Shown piece by piece: positions 35,861 through 45,526 of a DNA stretch of 64,000 nucleotides (positions are counted from its first letter, which is position 1; every line of letters begins with the position of its first letter). The translations under genes were made by a program, and so were the position numbers. The DNA comes from Candidatus Nitrosomirales archaeon. Its GTDB lineage: Archaea > Thermoproteota > Nitrososphaeria > Nitrososphaerales > UBA213. The notes beneath the pieces are model-generated. The model worked only from the letters and a program-made list of their open reading frames with translations. It was not told where the DNA came from and ran no database searches. Location: assembly GCA_049199595.1 (NCBI GenBank), contig JBMCYV010000012.1:3660-67659 (forward strand). Reading direction: 5' to 3'.

Positions 35861-36172
35861 ATGAAATCAGTATTTGAAAACAGAAAGAAGCGAAGCAGAG
35901 AAGAGATTATTGCATCCATATTGTTTTCCGCAAAAAGAGGCTCTAGCAAAACAGGAATCATGTATGCTAATTACCTGAGCTTCAGCCAACTCAATAAATA
36001 TCTAAGCTTTGGGTTGAAGGCTAAAATACTCTTCATCAGTGATGATGGCAGATATTTTACAACTACAAAAGGACTTGAATACCTGTCATGCTTTGAGCAG
36101 GTTCATAATATTGAAAATAGCGCCTTGGCAAAGAGAAAAGCTCTCACAGAAATTTTAAGCAGTGAAGAATAA
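35861..36172 (+). CDS. small winged-helix DNA-binding protein (COG3432-like), first gene of the glycan operon
   Basis: ATG at 35861: MKSVFENRKKRSREEIIASILFSAKRGSSKTGIMYANYLSFSQLNKYLSFGLKAKIL..YFTTTKGLEYL. Its stop overlaps the next start. Confidence 0.65.
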   Translation: MKSVFENRKKRSREEIIASILFSAKRGSSKTGIMYANYLSFSQLNKYLSFGLKAKILFISDDGRYFTTTKGLEYLSCFEQVHNIENSALAKRKALTEILSSEE

Positions 36173-37110
36173 TGTTAGAAGAGAGAGCCGCAGTTGAACG
36201 GAATACCGACTTGGACAAGGCAATAACAGTTGTAATTCCAACTCTGAATGAAGAGGCTGGAATAGCCAAAGTGTTGGAAGAGCTCCAATCAATGAATATC
36301 AGAAATATACTGGTCATCGATGGATATTCAAGGGATAAGACAGTTGAAGTTGCTACAAAGCTTGGTGCAAAGGCTATTTATCAGCAGGGCAAGGGCAAAA
36401 CTGGAGCACTAAGAACTGCAATTGATGTTGTGCAGACGCCCTACATACTTGTTATGGATGGTGACTTTACCTATGACGCCTCATGTGTAAGCAGACTTGT
36501 TCAGCATATGGGATCATATGATGAGGTCATTGGAGCAAGGATTCCAACTAACAAGGAAAGCATGACGTCAATCCACAAATTCGGAAATAAGATGATAACT
36601 AAGGTGTTCAATTTGCTCCTCAGCACTACCATTACAGACGTCTGCTCTGGCATGTACATTCTAAGGACAGAGGCTGTTCGTGACATGCATCTTTCGACAT
36701 CCGGCTTTGATGTGGAAGTGGAATTAGCTGCACAGATAGCATCATCTGGAAGAATAGCAGAAGTTCCGATAAACTATAGACCTAGAATGGGTAGGCAAAA
36801 ATTGTCCACTTGGAAGCATGGGTTTAAGATAACCAAGAGCATCGTGAATCTCGGACGGACGTATAACCCAGGCGTATTCTATTCTATGCTAGCAAGCTTG
36901 CTCTTGATCCCTGCAAGTTTGATGCTGGGCAATTCGGCATTGGAGTGGATACTTTCAGGAAGAATTAGCTCTCCTTGGTTCTTCCTAGGCATATCTATGG
37001 TCCTTGTAGCAATTCAGGCTATGGGCGTAGGAGTAGTTGCACTCTTGATGAGAAGAAGTGAGCTACGTTCGATAAGAAGGCTCTCAAGAGTCTTAGCCTC
37101 TGTCCAATAA
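36172..37110 (+). CDS. GT2 glycosyltransferase, dolichyl-phosphate-hexose-synthase-like with C-terminal TM helices
   Basis: ITVVIPTLNEEAGIAKVL..ILVIDGYSRDKTVEVA..ILVMDGDFTYD. Two C-terminal TM helices as in AglD/AglJ/DPM1-type enzymes. Confidence 0.85.
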   Translation: MLEERAAVERNTDLDKAITVVIPTLNEEAGIAKVLEELQSMNIRNILVIDGYSRDKTVEVATKLGAKAIYQQGKGKTGALRTAIDVVQTPYILVMDGDFTYDASCVSRLVQHMGSYDEVIGARIPTNKESMTSIHKFGNKMITKVFNLLLSTTITDVCSGMYILRTEAVRDMHLSTSGFDVEVELAAQIASSGRIAEVPINYRPRMGRQKLSTWKHGFKITKSIVNLGRTYNPGVFYSMLASLLLIPASLMLGNSALEWILSGRISSPWFFLGISMVLVAIQAMGVGVVALLMRRSELRSIRRLSRVLASVQ

Positions 37111-37116
37111 AGGATA

Positions 37117-38097
37117 TTGGTAAAAGTGATACATGAAGTGCAAGACACTGGGAAAACAGAATCGGATGGGATGGATCAGGCTCCCACTGAAAGCAAAGAA
37201 GTGCAGCATTTACAAGATTCATCGTCTGAGGAGCAAATTCAACAGCGACTACATGAGTTAGAATCTCAGAACATTGCCTTAAGACAAAAATTATGGCAGT
37301 CGCAAAATAAGGGACCATTATCGACAGGCATCATACTATTGAGCATAGGCGCTGTCATCCTAATGTTTTCCTTCTTGTCTAATTTGACAATCTTGGCATT
37401 CATAGGGCTTGGGATAACTTTATGGGGCCTGCTTCTCATATACATATCACCCTCCAGACACGTTCGTGCGGAATTGCTCAATTCAGTATCATCTTCCATA
37501 CAAAAGTGCTTTGACAGCCTAGTGACTTATATGGGATATAGCGGAGAAGTCATATTCTTCCACCCAAAGAGCCTGACAGGACTTGGCCAAGGTTACGTCT
37601 TCATACCCCATTATGTGGCAAGGCTGGAAGCAAACCCGAGCGCCAAGCTGGATGCTCTAAATCTTTTACCGTACAGTAACGAAACGAACATCCCTTCGAC
37701 TTATCTCACTCCTAAAGGCGTATTTCTTACTGCACCAAGCCAGGGACTTGTAGACCTCTTTGAGAAAGAGCTCGAAGTGAATTTTGCCTTGGTGAACCTA
37801 GAGTACATCCAAGAAGCACTTCCAAAACTCTTAGTTGAAGACCTTAAGATGGCCGATGATATGTCTATAGAAAAGTATGAGGACGGAAATATTCTCGTGA
37901 AAGTTACTGACGGTCCGTGCACTGAAATGTGTCGGTTTGTGAGTAATCATACCCGCCTAGGAAATCACTTAGGCTGTCCTCTTTGTTCAGCACTTGCACT
38001 AGTAATCAGCAAGGTTAGCGCAAGGCCAGTAATCATCAAGGAAACAAATATCCTCGACAACGTGATCTCAACTACATATTCTGAGCTGAATCCCTAA
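37117..38097 (+). CDS. hypothetical membrane protein (coiled-coil N-terminus, 2 TM, soluble C-domain)
   Basis: ORF track (TTG start). Tightly packed in the operon. No family recognised. Confidence 0.45.
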   Translation: MVKVIHEVQDTGKTESDGMDQAPTESKEVQHLQDSSSEEQIQQRLHELESQNIALRQKLWQSQNKGPLSTGIILLSIGAVILMFSFLSNLTILAFIGLGITLWGLLLIYISPSRHVRAELLNSVSSSIQKCFDSLVTYMGYSGEVIFFHPKSLTGLGQGYVFIPHYVARLEANPSAKLDALNLLPYSNETNIPSTYLTPKGVFLTAPSQGLVDLFEKELEVNFALVNLEYIQEALPKLLVEDLKMADDMSIEKYEDGNILVKVTDGPCTEMCRFVSNHTRLGNHLGCPLCSALALVISKVSARPVIIKETNILDNVISTTYSELNP

Positions 38098-38307
38098 TTG
38101 GTTCTAGCCTTTTCGTTCTGGGATATTGCATTGTGGTTAGCAGGCACATCTCTAACAATGTTGGTGACATCGGAGTTCTTAGGACCTCACTTGGGTAGGA
38201 AACATACTTTTTTCGAAGTAAAAAAATTAAGAACTGTCGCGTTAGTATTTGCAGTAGCCTTTGTTTTTACAATAGGAATTAGAATTCTAACTCTGACCAT
38301 AAAGTAG
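38098..38307 (+). CDS. small 2-TM membrane protein
   Basis: ORF track. It begins 1 nt after the previous stop. Two hydrophobic helices. Confidence 0.4.
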   Translation: MVLAFSFWDIALWLAGTSLTMLVTSEFLGPHLGRKHTFFEVKKLRTVALVFAVAFVFTIGIRILTLTIK

Positions 38308-38332
38308 CCAAAGCTGAGATACTGAAAACAAT

Positions 38333-40579
38333 ATGATAGTAGGACATCTCATTCATCCGTCGTTACAACGATCTATTCCGAATGTAGCTAATTCCTTGCT
38401 TACAAACAGAATATTGTTAATAAAAGCTGGCATAATCATAGCTTCTGCTATATTCTTTTATTCGTACGATCTGTCAATCGTCTTCTCGAATGCACTGAAA
38501 TTCACTACAGGCAACATCACAAATTACGTGTTAACTATTCCCTTCTTATCTGCATTCATAATCTATAGAAAGCGCGCTATGCTGAAAATAGTCGCGTCAA
38601 AGGCTAGTCGGATCGGAACAAGGACCATAAGACTGGATGATGCTGCAGGCGTTACTTTATGTCTTCTTGCAATAATAATCTACACTGCTGGTTCTGGTAC
38701 ACTATATACACTCGAGTACCATATTCTCACTCTGCCACTGTTCCTTGCTGGAGGCACTTTGGTTTTGTTTGACTTTGCAACTCTGCGTCATGTCTTTGTT
38801 GCGATTCTGCTTACCTTGTATATCCAGCCGCCACCAGGCCAGCTGGTTTCAGAATTGGCGGCAGATCTATCATGGACGAGCGCAGTAATCGTTGAAGCGC
38901 TGCTCGCTTCTGTTGGAGTTCCTATATCCCTAGACACCAGTTTTGGTGCACCGGCACTAATAATAATGCTGGACAACGATCACAAGATACCATTCTTTGT
39001 CGGCGAGCCAAGTTCTGGGGTCTTTTCAACTATAGGGCTATCCCTTTTTGCCGTTTTTGTGGCATACATTATCCGCGGTAAGATGTGGAAAAGGATGGCA
39101 CTATTTGCAAGTGGTTTCCCGGTATTTTATATGCTAAATACTCTCAGAATTGCAATCGTCATTTCCTTGTGGTACCTTTGGGGCCAAGAGATATCTGAAG
39201 CATACCACCTTGTTTCAGGTTCATTGATGGTTGCTTTCGGAACTTTCCTAATACTCATAATGGGAGAAAAGATATTCAAATTGAAAATTGGAAAGCAGGA
39301 AATCAAAACATCAAGATGCAGTATCTGTGAGAAATGCTCGCAACTACGTGAACCATTTTGTTTCATATGCGGTAGGCTACTTTCTAACCTCAAACACCCA
39401 TTTGGCAGAAGTACTGTTGAAAGAAGCGCTGTACTAGTGTTCATTTTGCTTCTCGGAATTGCGGTTAACATGGAAAATAATTCCCCGAGCATTACAAAGA
39501 GTACCCGATTATCCGACTTGGATATATCAACGATCGAAGGTCCGGAAACGACTGAATATTTTGTCCCCGCCATTGATGGATGGGATCAGGTTTACGCATA
39601 CAGAGATCAAAGAATAGAATCAATCCTAAACCAAGATGCCGCTCTAGCTTATCGGTATATTCCAAATGCTGATTTCATTACACTAAGTGACGGAACAAGT
39701 GTGCCAACCAATTCTGAAAACCGATTTTCAGTTTATACTAGCATACAAATATCAACAGGCCATCACATATGGGAAGATTCCCTTGTTACGCATCCTTCTA
39801 GGATAGGCAGGCCTGCGGCCACTATCCTTGAATCAGATAACGTGGATATTTCAGATGACAAGCAGGGTCGTTTCCTTATGTTCAAGAGAGTCGGATCTGA
39901 GGCTACTGAGGCTGTATTTTATTGGTTTGAAAGAGTTCCTCTAAAGTTTGGTTCTCAATTTGAAAGCCGAAATGTTCTCATAAGCATTTGGGCGAATACA
40001 GATGCACTAACTAAAAGTGGTATCCTTCAAAGGCCCGATGATTCGGAGAATATTAAGAAGTTGTACTTCTCACTTTCTGCCCCGATTGCAGACTATTGGC
40101 AACAACAATCCACGACGCTCAACGGCAGCGAATTACTCTACACATTCGTTTCTCAAAATGCATTAGTCATTCTAATGCTAGTCATCATACCGCTTGCGGC
40201 GTACTCTGTATACTTTATCAGGAACAAATCCATATCATCGTCTAGAAAGTTCAAGGCATACCAGAGGCTCGATATCGCAGATAGATCTTTTCTTGATACG
40301 CTATTGCCAACCTTAAATGGCAGCAGACATGTTTTTGGACATACCATTGCAATTAATTATCAGCAAGTATCCGGTCAGCGTCTTTCTGATGACCAATTAT
40401 TGGAAAGACTAAAGATGGCACGGAATTCAGGATTGGTAAACGACATAGTTATTTCTGTCAAGGACGAACCTCATCTAGTATGGAAGGCAGCCTTTCGTTA
40501 CGATAACAAGAGTGGCGCAAGCTGGGTGACCAAGATAAAAACACCCGTAAGCATATTTCAGAGGATCAGGTTATGGTAG
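38333..40579 (+). CDS. exosortase/archaeosortase-family protein (thaumarchaeosortase-like), Ser at the Cys position, fused to a zinc ribbon, EpsI-like ectodomain and cytoplasmic tail
   Basis: Eight-TM core with FFVGEPSSGVFS (CSG-motif position, S227 = AGT 39011-39013), YMLNTLRIAIV (Arg) and AYHLVSGSLM (His). CSICEKC-x7-CFIC zinc ribbon (39317-39370). TM helix, ~225-aa ectodomain, TM helix, ~115-aa tail. Confidence 0.75.
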   Translation: MIVGHLIHPSLQRSIPNVANSLLTNRILLIKAGIIIASAIFFYSYDLSIVFSNALKFTTGNITNYVLTIPFLSAFIIYRKRAMLKIVASKASRIGTRTIRLDDAAGVTLCLLAIIIYTAGSGTLYTLEYHILTLPLFLAGGTLVLFDFATLRHVFVAILLTLYIQPPPGQLVSELAADLSWTSAVIVEALLASVGVPISLDTSFGAPALIIMLDNDHKIPFFVGEPSSGVFSTIGLSLFAVFVAYIIRGKMWKRMALFASGFPVFYMLNTLRIAIVISLWYLWGQEISEAYHLVSGSLMVAFGTFLILIMGEKIFKLKIGKQEIKTSRCSICEKCSQLREPFCFICGRLLSNLKHPFGRSTVERSAVLVFILLLGIAVNMENNSPSITKSTRLSDLDISTIEGPETTEYFVPAIDGWDQVYAYRDQRIESILNQDAALAYRYIPNADFITLSDGTSVPTNSENRFSVYTSIQISTGHHIWEDSLVTHPSRIGRPAATILESDNVDISDDKQGRFLMFKRVGSEATEAVFYWFERVPLKFGSQFESRNVLISIWANTDALTKSGILQRPDDSENIKKLYFSLSAPIADYWQQQSTTLNGSELLYTFVSQNALVILMLVIIPLAAYSVYFIRNKSISSSRKFKAYQRLDIADRSFLDTLLPTLNGSRHVFGHTIAINYQQVSGQRLSDDQLLERLKMARNSGLVNDIVISVKDEPHLVWKAAFRYDNKSGASWVTKIKTPVSIFQRIRLW

Positions 40580-41655
40580 AATTGGTAATAGTGGTCGTTG
40601 TGTTGCTCTTTGTTCCTTATGCCATAGTAGGGGCAATTATCCTTGCTCACAATGGCAGAGTCAAGGTGAACAAGGACTATAAGTATCGACCATCGGTGTC
40701 TGTTTTCCTTCCTACATTTAACGAAGAGAAAAATATAGCAAAGAAACTGGACAATTTGCTTGCGCAAACATACCCTATAAGTGAGATCCTGGTATTTGAT
40801 TGCTCCACTGACAACACTGTGAAAATAGTCAAGGAATATCAAAAAAGAATGTCAACGATAAAGCTGATTGAACAAAAGCAAAGAATAGGAATGGCAAGAA
40901 CCCTCAATGAAGCATTCACGCTTGCCAATGGTGAAATCTTTGTGAAGACAGATTGTGACTCGATATCTCGACCAAATGCTCTGAATGAGTTAGTAGCAAA
41001 TTTTGGCGATCATCGTGTGGGAGGAGCTACAGGGATATGTATAGCAGAAAATGGGGTCGAAAAGTACTTTAGAAAAGTGATGACAGCAATACAAGTAGCT
41101 GAAACAAACATAGATAGTACTCTGATTGCACACGCGACAAGCCTGCTTGCATTCCGGAGTTCCCTACTGGAACCTGTAAGTGCTGATTCACTAGCTGATG
41201 ACACAGAAGAGTTCCTGCTGATACGTAGGAAGGGCTACAGAACGGTAATTGATACGGCTGTAGTCTCGCACGAAGAAGTACCCAGTGACTATATGACAAG
41301 AAGAACCCAGAAAGATAGAAGGTCTCAGGGCATCGTCAAGCTATTGTTGCAGAATATTACCATGCCGTTTAACCCAAAATATAAGAAATATGGTGCAATT
41401 GTGTTGCCTCTAGAGTGGTTTATTCTGGTATTCTCTCCTATTTTGCTTATTGCTTTCGGCGTGCTTATAGGTCTAGTACTTTACGCTGTACACCAACTAT
41501 TGCCACTTGCTGTATTTTCAGCAATTGGTATTGCAGCAGTGAAAAGATCGAACTTTATTTCTGCCATCATTGATACTCAATTAAGCGGTCTTATGGGTCT
41601 AGTCAGGGCGTTTACAAAACGTAATGCGCAGGGCATGTGGGTAAAGGCGAGATAA
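40573..41655 (+). CDS. membrane GT2 glycosyltransferase, processive-synthase-like
   Basis: VSVFLPTFNEEKNIAKKL..ILVFDCSTDNT.., KTDCDS, ADDTEEF, QKDRRSQG (QxxRW-like), with flanking TM helices. A 7-nt overlap with the sortase gene. Confidence 0.8.
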   Translation: MVELVIVVVVLLFVPYAIVGAIILAHNGRVKVNKDYKYRPSVSVFLPTFNEEKNIAKKLDNLLAQTYPISEILVFDCSTDNTVKIVKEYQKRMSTIKLIEQKQRIGMARTLNEAFTLANGEIFVKTDCDSISRPNALNELVANFGDHRVGGATGICIAENGVEKYFRKVMTAIQVAETNIDSTLIAHATSLLAFRSSLLEPVSADSLADDTEEFLLIRRKGYRTVIDTAVVSHEEVPSDYMTRRTQKDRRSQGIVKLLLQNITMPFNPKYKKYGAIVLPLEWFILVFSPILLIAFGVLIGLVLYAVHQLLPLAVFSAIGIAAVKRSNFISAIIDTQLSGLMGLVRAFTKRNAQGMWVKAR

Positions 41656-41658
41656 TCG

Positions 41659-42621
41659 TTGGAAACTATAGCTGAAACCCAATCATCAATCTTCTTGGAG
41701 CTAATACGTACCATAGGCGTACCTGGCATGATAGAAGGCAAGAATGGGAGATTTGACAAACAAGTAAAGGAATTGGCCGATCTGAACAAGGTCGCGTTAG
41801 TTTATTCTTTGGCATGCGGACATGAAGCAAAGGATCTGACTGCTAGGTACCAGCTAATGATGGATACATTAGCTGAAATTAGCACCCTCTTTAACTCCAA
41901 CGGAATAAAGTATTCAATATTTAAAACGATAAAGCCTTTTCCAACGACCCCTTCAGATATTGATGTGTTGCTATCACAAGAGGTCTTTGGTAAGGCACAA
42001 TCTCTGCTATTATCTTCAGGCTATAGGAAGACGGCTAATGATGCATACAGTAGCACATTGGAAAAAGAGATGATTATAGATTTGCAACAGCAACCATCTG
42101 TGTCAAATATCCCATATCTTCCAAAGAATCTTTTGATTGAAAATACCAGTGTTAGGAAGATAAATGGAGCCGACGTGTCTACCTTAAATCCAGAGGCAGA
42201 ATTGCTTGTAATCGCATCACATAGCTTGTACAAAGAGCAATTGTTTACATTGAATGACTATTATTCGATTACACTCCTTGCTGAGCAGATTGACTTTTCA
42301 AAGCTTGTCAACTTGGCTAAGATTGCCAACGTTTTTGAAGCATTGCAAATCGTAGTCGGTCTTTGCTTACAGATTACGGAATCAGTGTTTGGTAATGGAT
42401 TGAGGATATGTGAACTAGCCCGGCTTATTCAAGCACAGAAGGGAGGTCGTGTGTATACGATGCCTGTAAAGTTCCCTTTTTCACTGGTAATTAGGGCATT
42501 AATCAATAGGGCAAGTAAAGACAAAGAAATGCGGCAGAAAATGCTGCCCGCAATTCTTAGGATTGCAAAACCCGGCCAACTGTTCAAGCTCCTCTCACAT
42601 CTAACGAGAAGGACATACTGA
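41659..42621 (+). CDS. uncharacterised nucleotidyltransferase-like protein (NTP_transf_5-like)
   Basis: GIKYSIFKTIKPFPTTPSDIDVLLSQEVFGKAQSLLLSSGY resembles the ..KG....yp..R...DiDlLV....a...L...Gy core of that family. By eye only. Confidence 0.45.
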   Translation: METIAETQSSIFLELIRTIGVPGMIEGKNGRFDKQVKELADLNKVALVYSLACGHEAKDLTARYQLMMDTLAEISTLFNSNGIKYSIFKTIKPFPTTPSDIDVLLSQEVFGKAQSLLLSSGYRKTANDAYSSTLEKEMIIDLQQQPSVSNIPYLPKNLLIENTSVRKINGADVSTLNPEAELLVIASHSLYKEQLFTLNDYYSITLLAEQIDFSKLVNLAKIANVFEALQIVVGLCLQITESVFGNGLRICELARLIQAQKGGRVYTMPVKFPFSLVIRALINRASKDKEMRQKMLPAILRIAKPGQLFKLLSHLTRRTY

Positions 42622-42626
42622 TCATA

Positions 42627-43703
42627 ATGAAAACTCTGCTAATTGCGTACGAGCTTTCACCTCCGTGGGATAACGGTCTAAAGGTCTATGGCAGGGGATT
42701 GAAGAATTCGCTAGAAAATATTGGCGACATGAATCTCACTACTATTACCAATATTAACGACATTTCAAGCAATAATTTGAAAGATTATGATTTTGTACAC
42801 GTTGTTCAGACTGGTATTCATCCATTCTCCGTGGCTCTTAAACTCTTCAAGCAGGCTACAATATTCAAACATATTGTTACGCCTTCGATTGGACTGAGGA
42901 ATTCACTTTCAACAAAACTTTGCTACAGCATGGTAAATAGCTTGCAGAAGCGACTAGTACGTTGCTTCTCTTCAAAATTTGTTGCAATTTCGTATTTCAT
43001 GAATAGTAACAACCTGATAATACCGCCGTCTATCGATACATCAACCTTTGTGAATATTGCCCGGCCAAACCAGGAAAAGATTTTGTCATTGTTGGACAAT
43101 AGTCCTACAAAATTTGGAATACATAACATCGCAAAGCGTTCAGACGGAGTAATATTGTATAGTGGACCGCTGACCAAGGACAGATTTCCATATGCTACGG
43201 TGTTGAATGCACTGAAGCAAACAAAATCAAGCCTTCTCATAGTGGGAAGAAGCACTAATAACGGAGCTGAACACGGTATGGTAGAAGAAATAATTGATCA
43301 TGTCAAGAAATTGGATCTAGAGGATAGAATATCGATTGTACAAAAGTTGCTGACAGAAGATGAAAAGGTAGATCTATTGAATTTTGCCGACATGGTGATA
43401 CAGCCATTCACAACCAACACTCAGGTGTATGTTGCTGTGGATCCACCCATATTTCTCCTGGAGGCAATGTCTTGCGGCAAGCCCGTTATTACTTCAAAGA
43501 CATACTCTTTTCAGTCACTGATAAAAAATGGCTACAACGGCTATGCTATCAACTGGGATGATCCAAGTGCTGTTGACGAGGCGCTAAGAGGCTGCCAGGC
43601 TACGAGTAAGCTTGGCCTAAATGCTAGGCAGACTATATTGAAGCAATTCTCTACTGAATTTGTTTCAGAAACAATCCAAGGGATCTACAATGATTACAAC
43701 TAA
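42627..43703 (+). CDS. GT-B (GT4-like) glycosyltransferase
   Basis: C-terminal FLLEAMSCGKPVITSKTYSFQSLIKNGYNGYAI. Confidence 0.8.
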   Translation: MKTLLIAYELSPPWDNGLKVYGRGLKNSLENIGDMNLTTITNINDISSNNLKDYDFVHVVQTGIHPFSVALKLFKQATIFKHIVTPSIGLRNSLSTKLCYSMVNSLQKRLVRCFSSKFVAISYFMNSNNLIIPPSIDTSTFVNIARPNQEKILSLLDNSPTKFGIHNIAKRSDGVILYSGPLTKDRFPYATVLNALKQTKSSLLIVGRSTNNGAEHGMVEEIIDHVKKLDLEDRISIVQKLLTEDEKVDLLNFADMVIQPFTTNTQVYVAVDPPIFLLEAMSCGKPVITSKTYSFQSLIKNGYNGYAINWDDPSAVDEALRGCQATSKLGLNARQTILKQFSTEFVSETIQGIYNDYN

Positions 43704-44379
43704 TCGAATCCCTCCGGCCATTATCTTTTTTGGCCCAGATGGATCTGGCAAGACTACACAGGCTGAATTGCTAATCAAGGAACTGAGGAGAAATGGTATC
43801 AGAAGTAGGAAATTATGGCTGCGGTCGCTTCACACATTCGCATTTCTGATATCAAAGGTCGCAATGCATACCATGGGTCTTCAAAGCGTCTATGATTTCA
43901 GGGCTAGATACTCCCACAAGAAATTCTTCAAAGGTATCTGGTACACCATTGAATTTTGCAGTATACTTCCACTTATCTTGTTCAGACTGCAATTGCCGTT
44001 AATGAAAGGATACACCATCGTCGCAGAAAGATATGTGATTGACTGGATTGTCTCCCTATCTTACGTTAGCCGAAACGAACGTCTATTAGATAGCAGTTTC
44101 GGGAGAGCGGCACTAAAGTTCATACCCAAGAATTCTTCACTAATTTATATAGATGCCACGTATGATGCAATTAGTTCACGAGGAAGAAACGAAGACAGCT
44201 TGGAGTATATCGAGTTTCAACGGAGATTATATCAAGAGATTGCGCGCAGGCTAAACGCAAAGGTAATAGATACATCAGATAAAACTCTCCAAGAGGTACA
44301 CAAATTGATATGCCAATATTCGCTCAACTCAAACACCTCAGCCTCCCAAGACATAGGACTAAGAAGAGATCTTGAGTAA
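43690..44379 (+). CDS. thymidylate-kinase-like P-loop kinase with a hydrophobic insertion
   Basis: ATG at 43690: MITTNRIPPAIIFFGPDGSGKTTQAELLIKEL.. (Walker A). ..AERYVIDWIVSLSY (DRY-like). A ~55-aa hydrophobic insert lies between them. Confidence 0.55.
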   Translation: MITTNRIPPAIIFFGPDGSGKTTQAELLIKELRRNGIRSRKLWLRSLHTFAFLISKVAMHTMGLQSVYDFRARYSHKKFFKGIWYTIEFCSILPLILFRLQLPLMKGYTIVAERYVIDWIVSLSYVSRNERLLDSSFGRAALKFIPKNSSLIYIDATYDAISSRGRNEDSLEYIEFQRRLYQEIARRLNAKVIDTSDKTLQEVHKLICQYSLNSNTSASQDIGLRRDLE

Positions 44380-44875
44380 ATCATCACTGCTCCTGATGGT
44401 TACGGTAGGGCTTGTACTCCTACTGACAAATCTTGACAATTCTAGTGCTGCGCCAGTAGAGCAAATCGATACAGCACTTCCGAATGCTGAAGGGGAGAAA
44501 ATATCGTCGATAATTAACGATGCGTTGAGCGCAATTCATGCAGCTGAAGCCTCGGGTGCCAATGTGTCACCGCTGGTGGATCAGTTCAATATCGCAATAG
44601 AGCTATTACGGCTAGCTGAGGGACCTGATTTTGGTTCATGCAGTTCTTTTGATCAGTGCACAGATAACGCGAACCAAATATTCGTATCAATCATAAATGA
44701 CGCAGATGGGCTGAGCGAGAACGCAAAGATGGAATACTATGAGAATATGGCTGTAGGAGAGATTTATGCAATTCTTATAGCATTTGCCTTATCGTTTGTT
44801 GGATTGTACCTTTATGGGCAATACAAATCCCATGAGCTAAAGAGATTTCTTGAAATGGAAGTTAAGGAGAATTAA
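44372..44875 (+). CDS. hypothetical secreted protein with C-terminal TM anchor
   Basis: Signal-like N-terminus (LLLMVTVGLVLLLTNLDNSSA), a helical body, and a C-terminal helix IYAILIAFALSFVGLYLYG. Confidence 0.45.
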   Translation: MSKSSLLLMVTVGLVLLLTNLDNSSAAPVEQIDTALPNAEGEKISSIINDALSAIHAAEASGANVSPLVDQFNIAIELLRLAEGPDFGSCSSFDQCTDNANQIFVSIINDADGLSENAKMEYYENMAVGEIYAILIAFALSFVGLYLYGQYKSHELKRFLEMEVKEN

Positions 44876-44878
44876 GAA

Positions 44879-45526
44879 ATGGATCAACCTTTATCGCATT
44901 GGAGAATCGCTCAAGAATTGATACGGTCAAGAAAGTTCCTAATAGCTTTCGCTTCTCTTGTCGCCCTGTTATCTCCATTGGCACTGATCTCTAATTCTGC
45001 CGGTGACCAAAAAGAAGGATATCTTACAATGATTACTCTTGGCAGTAGCATGAAAGCAGATGACTACTTCCCAAGTGCTAATAACACAGTAAACCTTTCT
45101 GAGCCTATAAAATGGTACATCAAGGTTTACAATGGAATGGACAAATCAGAATATCTCTCTCTCAGATTGAAGCTGCTCAACTCTACACAAACCATACCTG
45201 ATGATGTATCGAATACGCCCAGCCCAGTTCCTGAGCTAATTGAGTATCGGCAGTTGATATCAAAGCAATCTGAAGTGATAGTTCCCTTAGAGTGGAAAAT
45301 AACTGACATCGACAAGGGGGAAAGTGTTGTAACCATCCGGGAATTGATGATAAATGGTGAGAGAATAGATAACTTAGACATCAATAGTATAAATGGCCAA
45401 AACTTCAGAATAGTCCTAGAGCTCTGGAAATACGAGAGTGACAGTGGAGATTTTAGTTTTGTGTGGTCCTCAAACAATAAAGAGGCAAGTGTGTGGAATC
45501 AGATTTGGTTCAATATAAAGAATTAG
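44879..45526 (+). CDS. hypothetical N-terminally anchored protein
   Basis: ORF track. One N-terminal TM helix and a beta-rich ectodomain. Packed in the operon. Confidence 0.45.
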   Translation: MDQPLSHWRIAQELIRSRKFLIAFASLVALLSPLALISNSAGDQKEGYLTMITLGSSMKADDYFPSANNTVNLSEPIKWYIKVYNGMDKSEYLSLRLKLLNSTQTIPDDVSNTPSPVPELIEYRQLISKQSEVIVPLEWKITDIDKGESVVTIRELMINGERIDNLDINSINGQNFRIVLELWKYESDSGDFSFVWSSNNKEASVWNQIWFNIKN

